The notes beneath the pieces are model-generated. The model ran no database searches and was not told the origin of the DNA. It saw only the letters and a list, made by a program, of their open reading frames with translations. Of a DNA stretch of 64,000 nucleotides, positions 11,979-21,114 are shown one piece after another. Source of the stretch: Iphione sp. A-MEVVRFRX5. Taxonomy: Eukaryota. The stretch covers positions 109,120,001 through 109,184,000 of the forward strand of contig OZ320314.1 of the NCBI GenBank assembly GCA_976226885.1, in the 5' to 3' direction. Within the stretch, counting starts at the first letter, position 1; every line of letters begins with the position of its first letter. Both the position numbers and the translations under genes were made by a program.

Positions 11979-14503
11979 CGATGATGCTGGTGTTAGTGAA
12001 CATGACACAGACATTGGTAATGCAGGCTGCGACAATCCACATAGACGGACATTGACAAAGTTGTCAAAGCTTGAAGACCGGCTGGCCACATACGTGCGTA
12101 CTCTACCTGTTCTTGGGTTCAACTCAGGTAAGTATGATTTGAATCTGCTGAAAGCCGAGTTGTTGAGGAGACTGCAAAAGGATGGGAAAGAACTATTTGT
12201 GATTAAGAGGGAAAATGCATACATAACATTGGACAATGGCAGTTTAAAATTTTTAGACATTTCACAATATTTGACTCCGGGAGTTTCCTATTCAAAATTT
12301 TTAAAAGCTTATGGTGTTGAGGAAGAAAAGGGGGTATTTTGTTACGAGTACCTTGATTGTCCGGAAAAATTGAGAGAAACACAACTTCCACCGCATGAAG
12401 CATTTTATTCATCAGTAAAGAACGTAAACATAACAAGAGAGGAGTACGAGGGTTTGGAGAGGTTGTGGGTGCGGGAAGGAATGTCAACTTTGCAAGATTT
12501 ATTAGAATACTATAACAAATTAGATGTTGGTCCATTTGTTGAGGGTGTGAGACGGTTGCAGATGTTTTATTTTGACAGACAAGTGGATGTATTTAAAGTG
12601 TCTGTATCAGCACCTGGAGTGGCTCGGAGACTGTTGTTTGAGTCTGCAATGAAAGAGGGCGCAAGGTTTCCATGTTTTGGGCAGAGAGATGAGGATGCAT
12701 ATCAGACATTTAAAAAAAATATTGTTGGAGGTCCCGCAATTGTGTTTACTCGGGCACATGAGAAAGGAAAGACGTTCATTAGGAACACGACAAACAAATG
12801 TCAATCAATAATTGGTTTGGATGCAAATTCATTATATCTCAGTTGCATAGGAAGGGAACATGGGACAGGGACGTTTGTAAGAAGGAGGGCAGAAACTGGG
12901 TTTAGGCAAGAGAAGCAGCCAGTGTCTGTGCTAAGTATTGTATGGATGGAATGGGAGTCATTCACTCGAGGCGAACACATAGCCCATATTGGTAATCGAT
13001 ATGAGGGGGAGGTTCAGGTGGGACCATATAAAGTAGATGGAATGTCATTTGTTTCTAGGACAGTGTTCGAGTTCAATGGCTGTTATTTTCATGGACATAC
13101 ATGTCTAGTTGGGAAAACAAATGAGTCAGAACGAACAAAAAGACAGGAAAGAACCAAAATGCGTAAACAGTTCATTGAGGAGCAGGGGTTTACTGTAATT
13201 GAAATGGAAGAGTGTAGATTTATCAAAATGATTGGTGAGTCAGAGGAGATGAAAAAGTTTGTTGATCAGTTTGTGCCGTGCTTTAGTAAGTTTCACAAGG
13301 ATAAGGTGAGTGAGGAGCAGATATTGCAAGGGGTTTGTGATGGAACGTTATTTGGCGCAATTGAAGTGGACATTGAAGTGCCAGAGCATTGGCCAAAAGG
13401 AAAAGAAAGGTCTATTTCACCAAGAGCGTATTTTGCAGAAATGTGTCCGTTATTTGGAAACGCAGTTGTAGGGATGATGGACATAGGTGACCACATGAGG
13501 CAGCATGTCAAAACTCACAAATTATCAGAGAAGCCACGTCATTTATTGGTAGGAGTGATGAAAGCAAGGAAGACTCTGATTTTGACTCCGCTTTTAAAGT
13601 GGTACATTGAGCATGGAATGAGTGTTACAAGGATATATCAGTTGTTTGAGTTTGTTCCCAAAGCATGCTTTTTGTCATTTGTCAATGACGTGACAGAGGC
13701 ACGAAGGCAGGGGGACAGTGACACAGACAAGGCAATAATTGCTGATACTATGAAACTTATAGGGAATTCAGCATATGGTGGCATTATTATGCAAAAGGAG
13801 AGACAGTGTAATGTAAAATATTACAAAAGTGCTCGGCAGGCTGTAACTGCAGTGAATGCTCCTCGTTTTAGAAGAATTGTTGAAATGAAAGATCTATATG
13901 AGGTGGAGCTAGCAAAAACACGTATAGTATTGGATATGCCAGTATATGTGGGATTCTCTATTTTGCAATATGCAAAACTAACAATGTTGTCATTTTATTA
14001 TGACTGTATTGATAGACTGTTGGACAGAAATAATTATGAGTATGTAACTATGGACACAGACAGTGCATATATTGCACTTTCAGAGTCAACACTGACAGAA
14101 GCAATGACAGACGAAGGGAGAAAGGAGTACCAGACTGATACATTAGGGAACTGTAATGACAGCTCTGTTCCTAAATGGTTTATGAGAGAATGTTGTGAGA
14201 AGCATAAGAAGTTTGACAGGCGTGTTCCAGGTTTGATGAAAGAAGAAGCGAAGGGCGACAGAATTATTGCTTTGTCAAGTAAGACATATGTACTGGAAAG
14301 TTGTGAGAACGGATCATCGTCATCACAATCGTCATTGACTGTAAAGCTTAGTTGCAAAGGAGTTTCAAAGGCTCGAGTAACTGATCCTGTTCAGACGTAT
14401 AAGAGTGTTTTAGAATCTCAACAAAGCAAGTCAGGAATTAATAAAGGTTTTAGAGTATGGATGGGAACAGTCTGTACGTATGAGTTATCAAGAGAGGGGT
14501 TTA
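10138..14503 (+). CDS. polB: Protein-primed family B DNA polymerase, main exon, interrupted near its 3' end by a Tigger insertion
   Basis: It carries ExoI FDCES, ExoII FNSGKYD, ExoIII YNKLD and Pol motifs A (LDANSLY), B (KLIGNSAYG) and C (MDTDS). It also has N-terminal C2H2-like zinc fingers and a Vsr/PD-(D/E)xK-like insert (VGPYKVDG...EFNGCYFHGH). The ORF-track stop at 14520 lies inside the inserted transposon. Confidence 0.95.
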
Positions 14504-17008
14504 CCGGCGACCCCCCTTAATCGGACCCCTCTCTTCCGGAATCATCGTATAACCGGATGGGTTTTGAATAACCAAGGTTTTTTCTATTAAAATTATATTA
14601 CTTAACCGGACCCTGCCTTTCCGTATTCGGACGAAATTTAGCTGCATTTTAGAGCATTTAACATAGGAAATACAGCCATTTAACCGGAGGCGACTTGTCT
14701 GCGCGACAATCGATAGGGGTCTGTTTGAAGTACATAGCGTCAGTTCCTCAGACAACACGGGACATCCGTTGACGCGCTGAGTAACTCCATAACAGAGGGG
14801 GTGGGTCGGGGACTTCTGAGGGCTTATCACACTTAGGTGAGAGGAGGCGGTAGGTGAACAAAGAATTTACAGCCCGCGGCCTTGAGCCCCTCCCCTTCGT
14901 TATTGTCTTACCGCTGTAGAGGCGTGCCGGCCTGGTCGTCCTCCAGGGCTGAGAATTCAGCTTAAAAGCAGGAGGGGTGGAGACAACGGTATCCATTCCT
15001 CCTGGAAACGCCACGATGTCTCAACCACCAGCCAAGCGACGCAGAGTATGCATTACCAACGCGCAGAAGAAGGAGATCTGTCTGTACAAGGTCGAGCACC
15101 CTGGGACGTCCCAAGCAGATATCATCACGAAATTCTCCTCGAAGTGGGGAATAGCTGTACCCCGGTCGACAATATCGGACATCCTTAAGAAATCCGCCCA
15201 ATGGATCGGCATGTCAGAGGAGGAGGGCGCCTTATGTCGGCAACGGTGCCCAATGCAGTCTCAGCTCGAAGCTGGCCTTATGTTGTGGTTCAACGACGTG
15301 CGATCCAGAGGCGCCATCGTACGTGATGATATGATCATTCGCCAGGCCCAAAAGCTTGGCGCTCAGATGGGCATCACTACATTTCATTATAGCAAGGGCT
15401 GGCTTGGACGTTGGAAAGTGCGCCAGAACATTCGATGCCACAAGCAGCATGGCGAATCAGCGTCAGCTGATATGGCCGTCGTCGAGGAAGGACGATCCTC
15501 CCTGCAAGATCAGCTACAGGGGTACGACCCTGAAGATATTTACAACATTGACGAAACAGGGTTGTTCTTCAGGCTCAAGCCCTCCTCCACTCTTGCCACG
15601 GGCCCAGTAAAGGGTGAAAAAAGAAACAAAGACAGAATTACAGTCGTCCTGGCATGCAATGCTACTGGAACTGATAAACTGAGGCCTCTCGTCATTGGCA
15701 AATCCGCCAAGCCTAGGTGTTTTTCGAGGGGATTCGACCCAGGGATGTACGTTCACTACCGCAACAACCAAAAGGCATGGATGACATCAAAGGTCTGGGT
15801 TGATTACCTCAATATGTTGAACGACCGGGCGAAGGGTCAGGGCCGCCGATATCTCATCCTGGTCGACAATGCTGGGCCTCACAAGACGACGGAGCGGTTC
15901 AGTAACATCACCCTGAAATTCCTCCCACCAAACACCACTGCACATATCCAGCCATTGGATGCTGGTATTATTGCCTCCTTCAAGGCCCAATATAGAAGGA
16001 GGCTAGTTGACCACTATTTGGAGTGTGTTGAGAAGGATGAACCTATGGTCACTGACATCAGAAGGGCCATCTTGATGCTGCATGAGGCCTGGGCCACAGT
16101 CACCACCACCACCATCAAGAAGTGCTGGGCCAAGGTCAACATCCTCCCCGGCTCCAACACCACCAGCAACACTACCACCGACATCAGTGAGGATGCCTCT
16201 GATGATGATGAGGAGGACATTCCACTGTCAGAGCTACAGGCTCGAATCCAAGCACTGCCCACTGAGGAGGGGCAGACAATGATGTCAGCCCAGGAGTATT
16301 CAAATGTGGATGCTGAAGCAGAGACCCATGGGGAATTGACGGACGAGGCCATCCTCAGCCTTGTCAGGCAGCCTGAGGTGCCTGAGTCTCAACCTGATGA
16401 GGACGAGGAGGATTCCGAAGATGTCCCTCCACCACCTCTCACTCTCAAGGAGATTGCTAAAAGTGTGGATACACTTGTCAGATTGTGTGAGGAGAGGCAC
16501 AACATTACTGGTGTGCAGTTCCTCAGAGGGCTACTCCAAGATGAGACAGTGTACAAGTCCAAAAGACAGACCCTCATCAAGGACTTCTTCAAGGCTTGAT
16601 GGAAATTGACTTTTAATTTTTTTTCAAAATTTTTTTATCTTGGTCATTTTTTATTATTATTGTACCTTTTGTATGGGTTGTACATATGTTCTCTGTAATA
16701 AATACCCATTTCCTGAACTGAATTTGACTTTCCAATGATTTGTCATAAGTTCATAAAAATTCTTAAAAATATAATTTTTTGCACATACTTTACTATTATG
16801 ACAGTTTCCCCCACCAGGAGACGCATGGGACGCCTTTAAAATCAATCCAGATCGATAATCAATAATATCCATTCGGTTCCCATACTTTACCATTATGACA
16901 GTTTTCCCCACCAGGAGACGCATGGTGCTCGGGTCGCCATTCCGGACCCCCCTCCAACCGGACATATTTTCGGATTCCCCTACTCCTCCGGTTAGGCGGG
17001 GTCGTCGG
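14504..17008 (+). mobile_element. Autonomous pogo/Tigger DNA transposon nested in polB
   Basis: TA is duplicated at 14502-14503 and 17009-17010. The TIRs CCGGCGACCCCCCTTAATCGGA and CCGACGACCCCGCCTAACCGGA match at 18/22. A 34-bp internal direct repeat lies at about 16796 and 16893. Excision restores the polB frame exactly. Confidence 0.95.
15016..16599 (+). CDS. Tigger/pogo (CENP-B-like HTH + DDE_1) transposase, DD30D
   Basis: It has N-terminal HTH-psq/CENP-B-like regions (ITNAQKKEIC; LEAGLMLWF...GWLGRWK) and catalytic motifs YNIDETGLFF, LVDNA and QPLDAGII, with 30 residues between the second and third Asp. The ORF is intact. Confidence 0.95.
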   Translation: MSQPPAKRRRVCITNAQKKEICLYKVEHPGTSQADIITKFSSKWGIAVPRSTISDILKKSAQWIGMSEEEGALCRQRCPMQSQLEAGLMLWFNDVRSRGAIVRDDMIIRQAQKLGAQMGITTFHYSKGWLGRWKVRQNIRCHKQHGESASADMAVVEEGRSSLQDQLQGYDPEDIYNIDETGLFFRLKPSSTLATGPVKGEKRNKDRITVVLACNATGTDKLRPLVIGKSAKPRCFSRGFDPGMYVHYRNNQKAWMTSKVWVDYLNMLNDRAKGQGRRYLILVDNAGPHKTTERFSNITLKFLPPNTTAHIQPLDAGIIASFKAQYRRRLVDHYLECVEKDEPMVTDIRRAILMLHEAWATVTTTTIKKCWAKVNILPGSNTTSNTTTDISEDASDDDEEDIPLSELQARIQALPTEEGQTMMSAQEYSNVDAEAETHGELTDEAILSLVRQPEVPESQPDEDEEDSEDVPPPPLTLKEIAKSVDTLVRLCEERHNITGVQFLRGLLQDETVYKSKRQTLIKDFFKA

Positions 17009-17010
17009 TA

Positions 17011-17576
17011 CATATTTTTATGTAAAGAGAATGGTTCACTCTGATGGCATTCATACATCTCCACTGAATATTACTTTATGTCCATGGAATAGGAATGAGC
17101 ATGACTATTACATTATTAGTCGACCTTGGCAAGTACTAAGTCCACAGTACATTTGTGTGATGGGGGATGGGTTTGTGTCTGTGGAGCACATGTTCTTACA
17201 CAGAATGGCGACTTTTCATGGCGAGGTGGACATTGCTAGGGCAATTGTGTCCTCATCAGATCCAAAGGAGTTTAGAGTGTATGGAGGAATGGTAATACAG
17301 TCAGAGGAGTGGCGAAATGCGAAAAGGAAAGACGTCATGAAAGAGTTGTGTATAAGGAAAACTAGATTGTTAGGAACTTTAATCACACACAAACTAAATC
17401 ATAATAAGCACATAGTGTATGCAGATAGAGACAACTATTGGGGGGTTGGAATGAGTGAAAGGATGGCAGAGCTTTCATCTCGGGATGAGTTTAGGGGCAG
17501 GAACATTTTAGGAGAAATATGGGAGAACATTAGAATTAGAAGTAGGTTGGTCTCGCAGGGAATGATTGATTGGTGA
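17011..17576 (+). CDS. 3' end of polB (YFYVKR...DGIHTSPL) fused to a NADAR/YbiA-like domain
   Basis: It is in frame with the main exon after removing 14504-17010. NADAR-like motifs are SVEHMF, I...SDPKE...G, W...K.DVM......K, D.YWG.G and G.N.LG.I...IR. Confidence 0.85.
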
Positions 17577-17592
17577 GGATTTGCATTATGTA

Positions 17593-17632
<40 letters not shown>

Positions 17633-17747
17633 ATGTGTGTGACACGAGTGCTGGCGTTGAACAACAATAAACACTACCTTTTAACCGTATGTCGAGTTAC
17701 TGGTTATCATTGTGGGGATTAGTCAGGATAAGATTGAGGAGATCAAA

Positions 17748-18371
17748 ATGGAAATAGAGATACCTCTGTATCGTTTTGCAACGCCCAGTACAATTATGGT
17801 GAGTGGTGCAACTTCAACAGGGAAAACCCAGTTTGTAATTCAGTTAATATTGGAACGAAGGAAATTGCTTGAGGCACCAGTTCCAGAAAGAATTATATAT
17901 TGTTACGGAACATGGCAGGATGAGTTTAGTAAGATTGCAGACCATGTTGAGTTTCGAGAGGGAGTCAACGTTGAAGACATAAAGCACCCATGTGGAACAT
18001 TAATAATATTTGACGATTTAATGGACGATGTTGTTAAAAATAATGATGTCAGAAATTTATTTACAAGAGGTTCACACCATGATAAAATAACAGTTGTGTA
18101 TCTTAATCAAAACATATTCTGTCAAGGGAAATGTGCGAGATCAATTGCACTTAATTCACAGTATATGGTTTTGTTTCGTAATCCAAGGGATGTCCAGCAA
18201 ATTGCTCGTTTGGGAAGTCAACTAGGCATGCCAGAAGTGAAGGCAGCATATAAAGACGCAACTAAGGAAGCATATGGCTATTTAGTAATTGATCTCCACC
18301 CGCGAAACAGTTCGGATGTGAAACTCACGAGCCACATTTTCTCTCATGAGGTTTTAATTTGGTACAAGTAA
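17748..18371 (+). CDS. A32/FtsK-like genome-packaging ATPase
   Basis: It has Walker A GATSTGKT, Walker B IIFDDLM, and the RGSHH...QN and DAT...YGYLVIDL segments typical of Polinton ATPases. The first ATG is at 17748; the ORF track starts at GTG 17712. Confidence 0.93.
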   Translation: MEIEIPLYRFATPSTIMVSGATSTGKTQFVIQLILERRKLLEAPVPERIIYCYGTWQDEFSKIADHVEFREGVNVEDIKHPCGTLIIFDDLMDDVVKNNDVRNLFTRGSHHDKITVVYLNQNIFCQGKCARSIALNSQYMVLFRNPRDVQQIARLGSQLGMPEVKAAYKDATKEAYGYLVIDLHPRNSSDVKLTSHIFSHEVLIWYK

Positions 18372-18411
18372 CTAAAGCAGAGGTGAAAGGGACGCAAGAA
18401 GGGAAGACACC

Positions 18412-18894
18412 ATGGCAACCAGTCTTTTGAATGAGCACGCAGGATATATTCGCCTTATTTTGACTAGTCCAAGTCGAACACAGGTCATCGCATTGTTTGA
18501 TACAGCAACTCACGGACAGTTGGATGCTATACGAGAAATTATTCAAAATTTGTTAAGTTTACCAGTAAGAAATGACGTTAAACAATACATGAACAGGAGA
18601 CAGGGACTGTTAAAGAAACTGGCAGACCCTAAAGTTTCTTACAGAGCAAAATCAGCACTTGTAAGTAAACATTACCGTCAACTGTTGCACTTGTTTAGAG
18701 CAGTCAAGAGTGATCTATGGCACCTGACGTCACCGTCATCTAATTTAACAACAAGTGAAACAGAGTTGTTTCCGTCAGTGTCGACATTGGAGAGAGTGAA
18801 AGTAGGCGTAAAGAAAGAGAAGGACAACGGAGAAACGTCAGAGAGAAACGAACAGGGGGATGAAGAGGGGTACGATGAGGTGGACGCAATATGA
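18412..18894 (+). CDS. Conserved small Maverick ORF of unknown function (resembles the ORF called GasderminX in adintoviruses)
   Basis: It sits directly after the ATPase, and its pattern (L..A...QL.AI.EI..NLL...LKKLA...S...K..L) is recalled from Maverick accessory ORFs. The family name is tentative. Confidence 0.55.
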   Translation: MATSLLNEHAGYIRLILTSPSRTQVIALFDTATHGQLDAIREIIQNLLSLPVRNDVKQYMNRRQGLLKKLADPKVSYRAKSALVSKHYRQLLHLFRAVKSDLWHLTSPSSNLTTSETELFPSVSTLERVKVGVKKEKDNGETSERNEQGDEEGYDEVDAI

Positions 18895-19262
18895 GGAAAC
18901 TTGTATGTATTCCGTATGAACGTTATATTGCTTTGCTTGAGTTGGAAGAAAAGAATGAAACAAAAAGTAATTTGGGAACCGTTCCAACGACATCGTCTCT
19001 GTCACAGTCAGTTACTGAAAGAAGCAAAAAAGGGGGCAGTTCTAAGAGTGAACGAACTGGTCAGAAACGACAGTATACAGAAAGAGTGGCTACGTCATCA
19101 CCATCGCATCCTCTGGTTTCACCGCAGGCAATATCAACAACAAACATTTTAGAACCCCCAGTAAAGCTACTGTCATCATTTCCTCCTCCACCTGGAATCC
19201 CAGCAAACGACAAACAACCAAAAAGAGTGCTTGATTGGACTAAAGGATGGACGAGTATTTGA
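18891..19262 (+). CDS. Small Maverick ORF of unknown function
   Basis: It begins MRKLVCIPYERY and ends PPPPGIP...W..W, an architecture recalled for ORFs preceding Maverick integrases. It overlaps both neighbours. Confidence 0.65.
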   Translation: MRKLVCIPYERYIALLELEEKNETKSNLGTVPTTSSLSQSVTERSKKGGSSKSERTGQKRQYTERVATSSPSHPLVSPQAISTTNILEPPVKLLSSFPPPPGIPANDKQPKRVLDWTKGWTSI

Positions 19263-20374
19263 CTTCAGTGTATTATGATTCAACTCAGCCTGAATCTTTT
19301 GGAGGGTCTAAAGCACTTTACAGACGTGCTAGGAAAGACGGAAAGATATATTCGTTCCAACAAATTAAAGATTGGTTACGAGGACAGGAGACGTATACGC
19401 TGTTTGCACCCTCAAGTAGAAGTGGAAAGGTGAAACGACCTCGTGTGGTTGTTTCTGATAAGTTTGACCAGTTTGATGCGGACACAGCTAACATGTCAGC
19501 GTGGAAAGCATCTAATAATGGCATGGGGTATTTTCTTGTTGTAATAGACATATTTACTCGGTTTGCGTGGACAAGACCACTGCTTTCACTTTCAGCTAAA
19601 GATACTCTCGTCGCTCTTCGGTCAATTATGAGTGAACAGCTTTGTCGTGTGTTACGCACAGACGGTGGAAGTGAATTTAATAATAGATGGGTTAAGCGTT
19701 TCCTAAATGAAAAAGGAGTGCAGCATGTTGTTACTAGAAATGAAGTTAAAGCAAATTTTGCAGAACGACTTATAAAGACGATCAAAACCAGGCTTACTAG
19801 GATTATGTATCATGAACAATCTCACAAGTGGGTAGATAACCTAGTTGATGTCACGCGGGCATATAATGACCGACACCATCGTTCCATTGGAACTAGTCCA
19901 AGACTGGCCATATCTGATCAAACTGATAAGGTTGATTTATGGAGAGCGCAATATGGAATTAAAAATGAGGTTGCTCCTCGTTTTAAACCTTTCAAGTTTC
20001 AAGCTGGGGACGTTGTTCGCCTTTCTCATTTTAGACGACCTTTCACTAGAGCATATGACGAACAATGGACCCACGAGTTGTTTGTTATCACAAGGCGCTC
20101 ACGTCAGCAAGGTATTCCACAGTACACTATTAAAGCTTGGAATAATGAAGAGATAGACGGAAGATTTTATGAAGAAGAACTTGCAAGAGTCAACGTGACA
20201 GACAATACCCATTATAAAGTTGAAAAACTCATCCGCAGGAAAAAAATCGATGGAAAAGATGGGTATGTAGTACGCTGGCTTGGCTGGCCACGACAGTATG
20301 ACTCATGGGTGAGTGCTGATGAGTTAACAAACATCGAACATGTACATACTCGCAACACCACAGCTGAGCGCTGA
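19247..20374 (+). CDS. Retroviral-type (RVE) integrase with C-terminal chromodomain
   Basis: The DDE core is QFDAD / VIDIFTRFAW / RTDGGSEF / AERLIKTIK. The chromodomain is YKVEKLIRRK...YVVRWLGWPRQYDSWV. Confidence 0.95.
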   Translation: MDEYLTSVYYDSTQPESFGGSKALYRRARKDGKIYSFQQIKDWLRGQETYTLFAPSSRSGKVKRPRVVVSDKFDQFDADTANMSAWKASNNGMGYFLVVIDIFTRFAWTRPLLSLSAKDTLVALRSIMSEQLCRVLRTDGGSEFNNRWVKRFLNEKGVQHVVTRNEVKANFAERLIKTIKTRLTRIMYHEQSHKWVDNLVDVTRAYNDRHHRSIGTSPRLAISDQTDKVDLWRAQYGIKNEVAPRFKPFKFQAGDVVRLSHFRRPFTRAYDEQWTHELFVITRRSRQQGIPQYTIKAWNNEEIDGRFYEEELARVNVTDNTHYKVEKLIRRKKIDGKDGYVVRWLGWPRQYDSWVSADELTNIEHVHTRNTTAER

Positions 20375-20729
20375 TACTCATCCCGCTAATTCACCAACAG
20401 ACTTTTACGTAGACCTTATTCGACCTATTGTCCTTCTCGGAGAATGGGAATGTGGGCTAGTGAGTGTTCATGTGTCTTCTATGCCGCCAGGGCGTGGTGT
20501 TGCTGTTTGTGCTGACTTTGCACAAATTAATTACATGGCTGGAAAGATACAGCCAACAGTTCGGATTATTCGAAGTTCTTCCAGTGAGTTTTCCCACCCG
20601 TGGTACATTCCGATTGGGACCTGTCGTATTGAACGGTTTCGCGTTTATACGACGCTACTACCGGGTGAACGCGGATCGCTTCCTCATATTACAAGTGCTG
20701 TGTTTCATCTAAGGCTGACTGCACAGTGA
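20340..20729 (+). CDS. Minor capsid (penton-like) protein
   Basis: The N-terminal motif HPANSPTDFYVDLIRPIVLLGEWECGL is typical of Maverick pentons. It lies between the integrase and the MCP. Confidence 0.8.
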   Translation: MYILATPQLSADTHPANSPTDFYVDLIRPIVLLGEWECGLVSVHVSSMPPGRGVAVCADFAQINYMAGKIQPTVRIIRSSSSEFSHPWYIPIGTCRIERFRVYTTLLPGERGSLPHITSAVFHLRLTAQ

Positions 20730-20734
20730 CAGAC

Positions 20735-21100
20735 ATGAATTATATTCCCTACGTTGCTCGCTCCAATGCTTTTGACCATGCTGTTCGCAAACAGTCCCAT
20801 TATGTCGGACGTGGGCCTCCTTTGACCCTTGTCACTCCAACAGAACAAGCGGTTGAACGCGCCAAAGCAAATCTTACCAAGAATCTGAAACCTTCAGATA
20901 AAACGAATTGTTCTCACTCGTCATCTGACAGAGCGGTGTCGCGAAAGAGAGGGACTACTTCTTCCACGTCGTGTGTGCAGCGAAAAAAGAAAAGGGGAAC
21001 AGCGACTCACCAAAAAAGAAAGCAGAGCAAAGCAGTGAAAGGAGAGAAGAAAAAGAAGAAAAGTTCAACTACTACTAAAAGGAAATTCCGAAAACACTAG
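20735..21100 (+). CDS. Basic putative core/DNA-condensing protein
   Basis: It has a YVGRG...LVTPTEQAVERAK motif followed by a very Lys/Arg-rich tail, and lies immediately upstream of the MCP. Confidence 0.7.
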   Translation: MNYIPYVARSNAFDHAVRKQSHYVGRGPPLTLVTPTEQAVERAKANLTKNLKPSDKTNCSHSSSDRAVSRKRGTTSSTSCVQRKKKRGTATHQKRKQSKAVKGEKKKKKSSTTTKRKFRKH

Positions 21101-21114
21101 TGACCATCATCACC

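Noticed and set aside
9110-12260. Poly-Ser and poly-Ile ORFs on the minus strand (9110-9409, 11727-12260, 11830-12042)
   Set aside because: These are antisense readings of (GAT)n tracts.
14504-14520. Stop at 14520 as the natural end of PolB
   Set aside because: The last codons come from the Tigger TIR. The conserved FYxKR...DGIHT C-terminus resumes in frame at 17011.
17031-17576. Stand-alone 181-aa gene
   Set aside because: Its first residues are the PolB C-terminal motif and its Met is internal to the restored frame.
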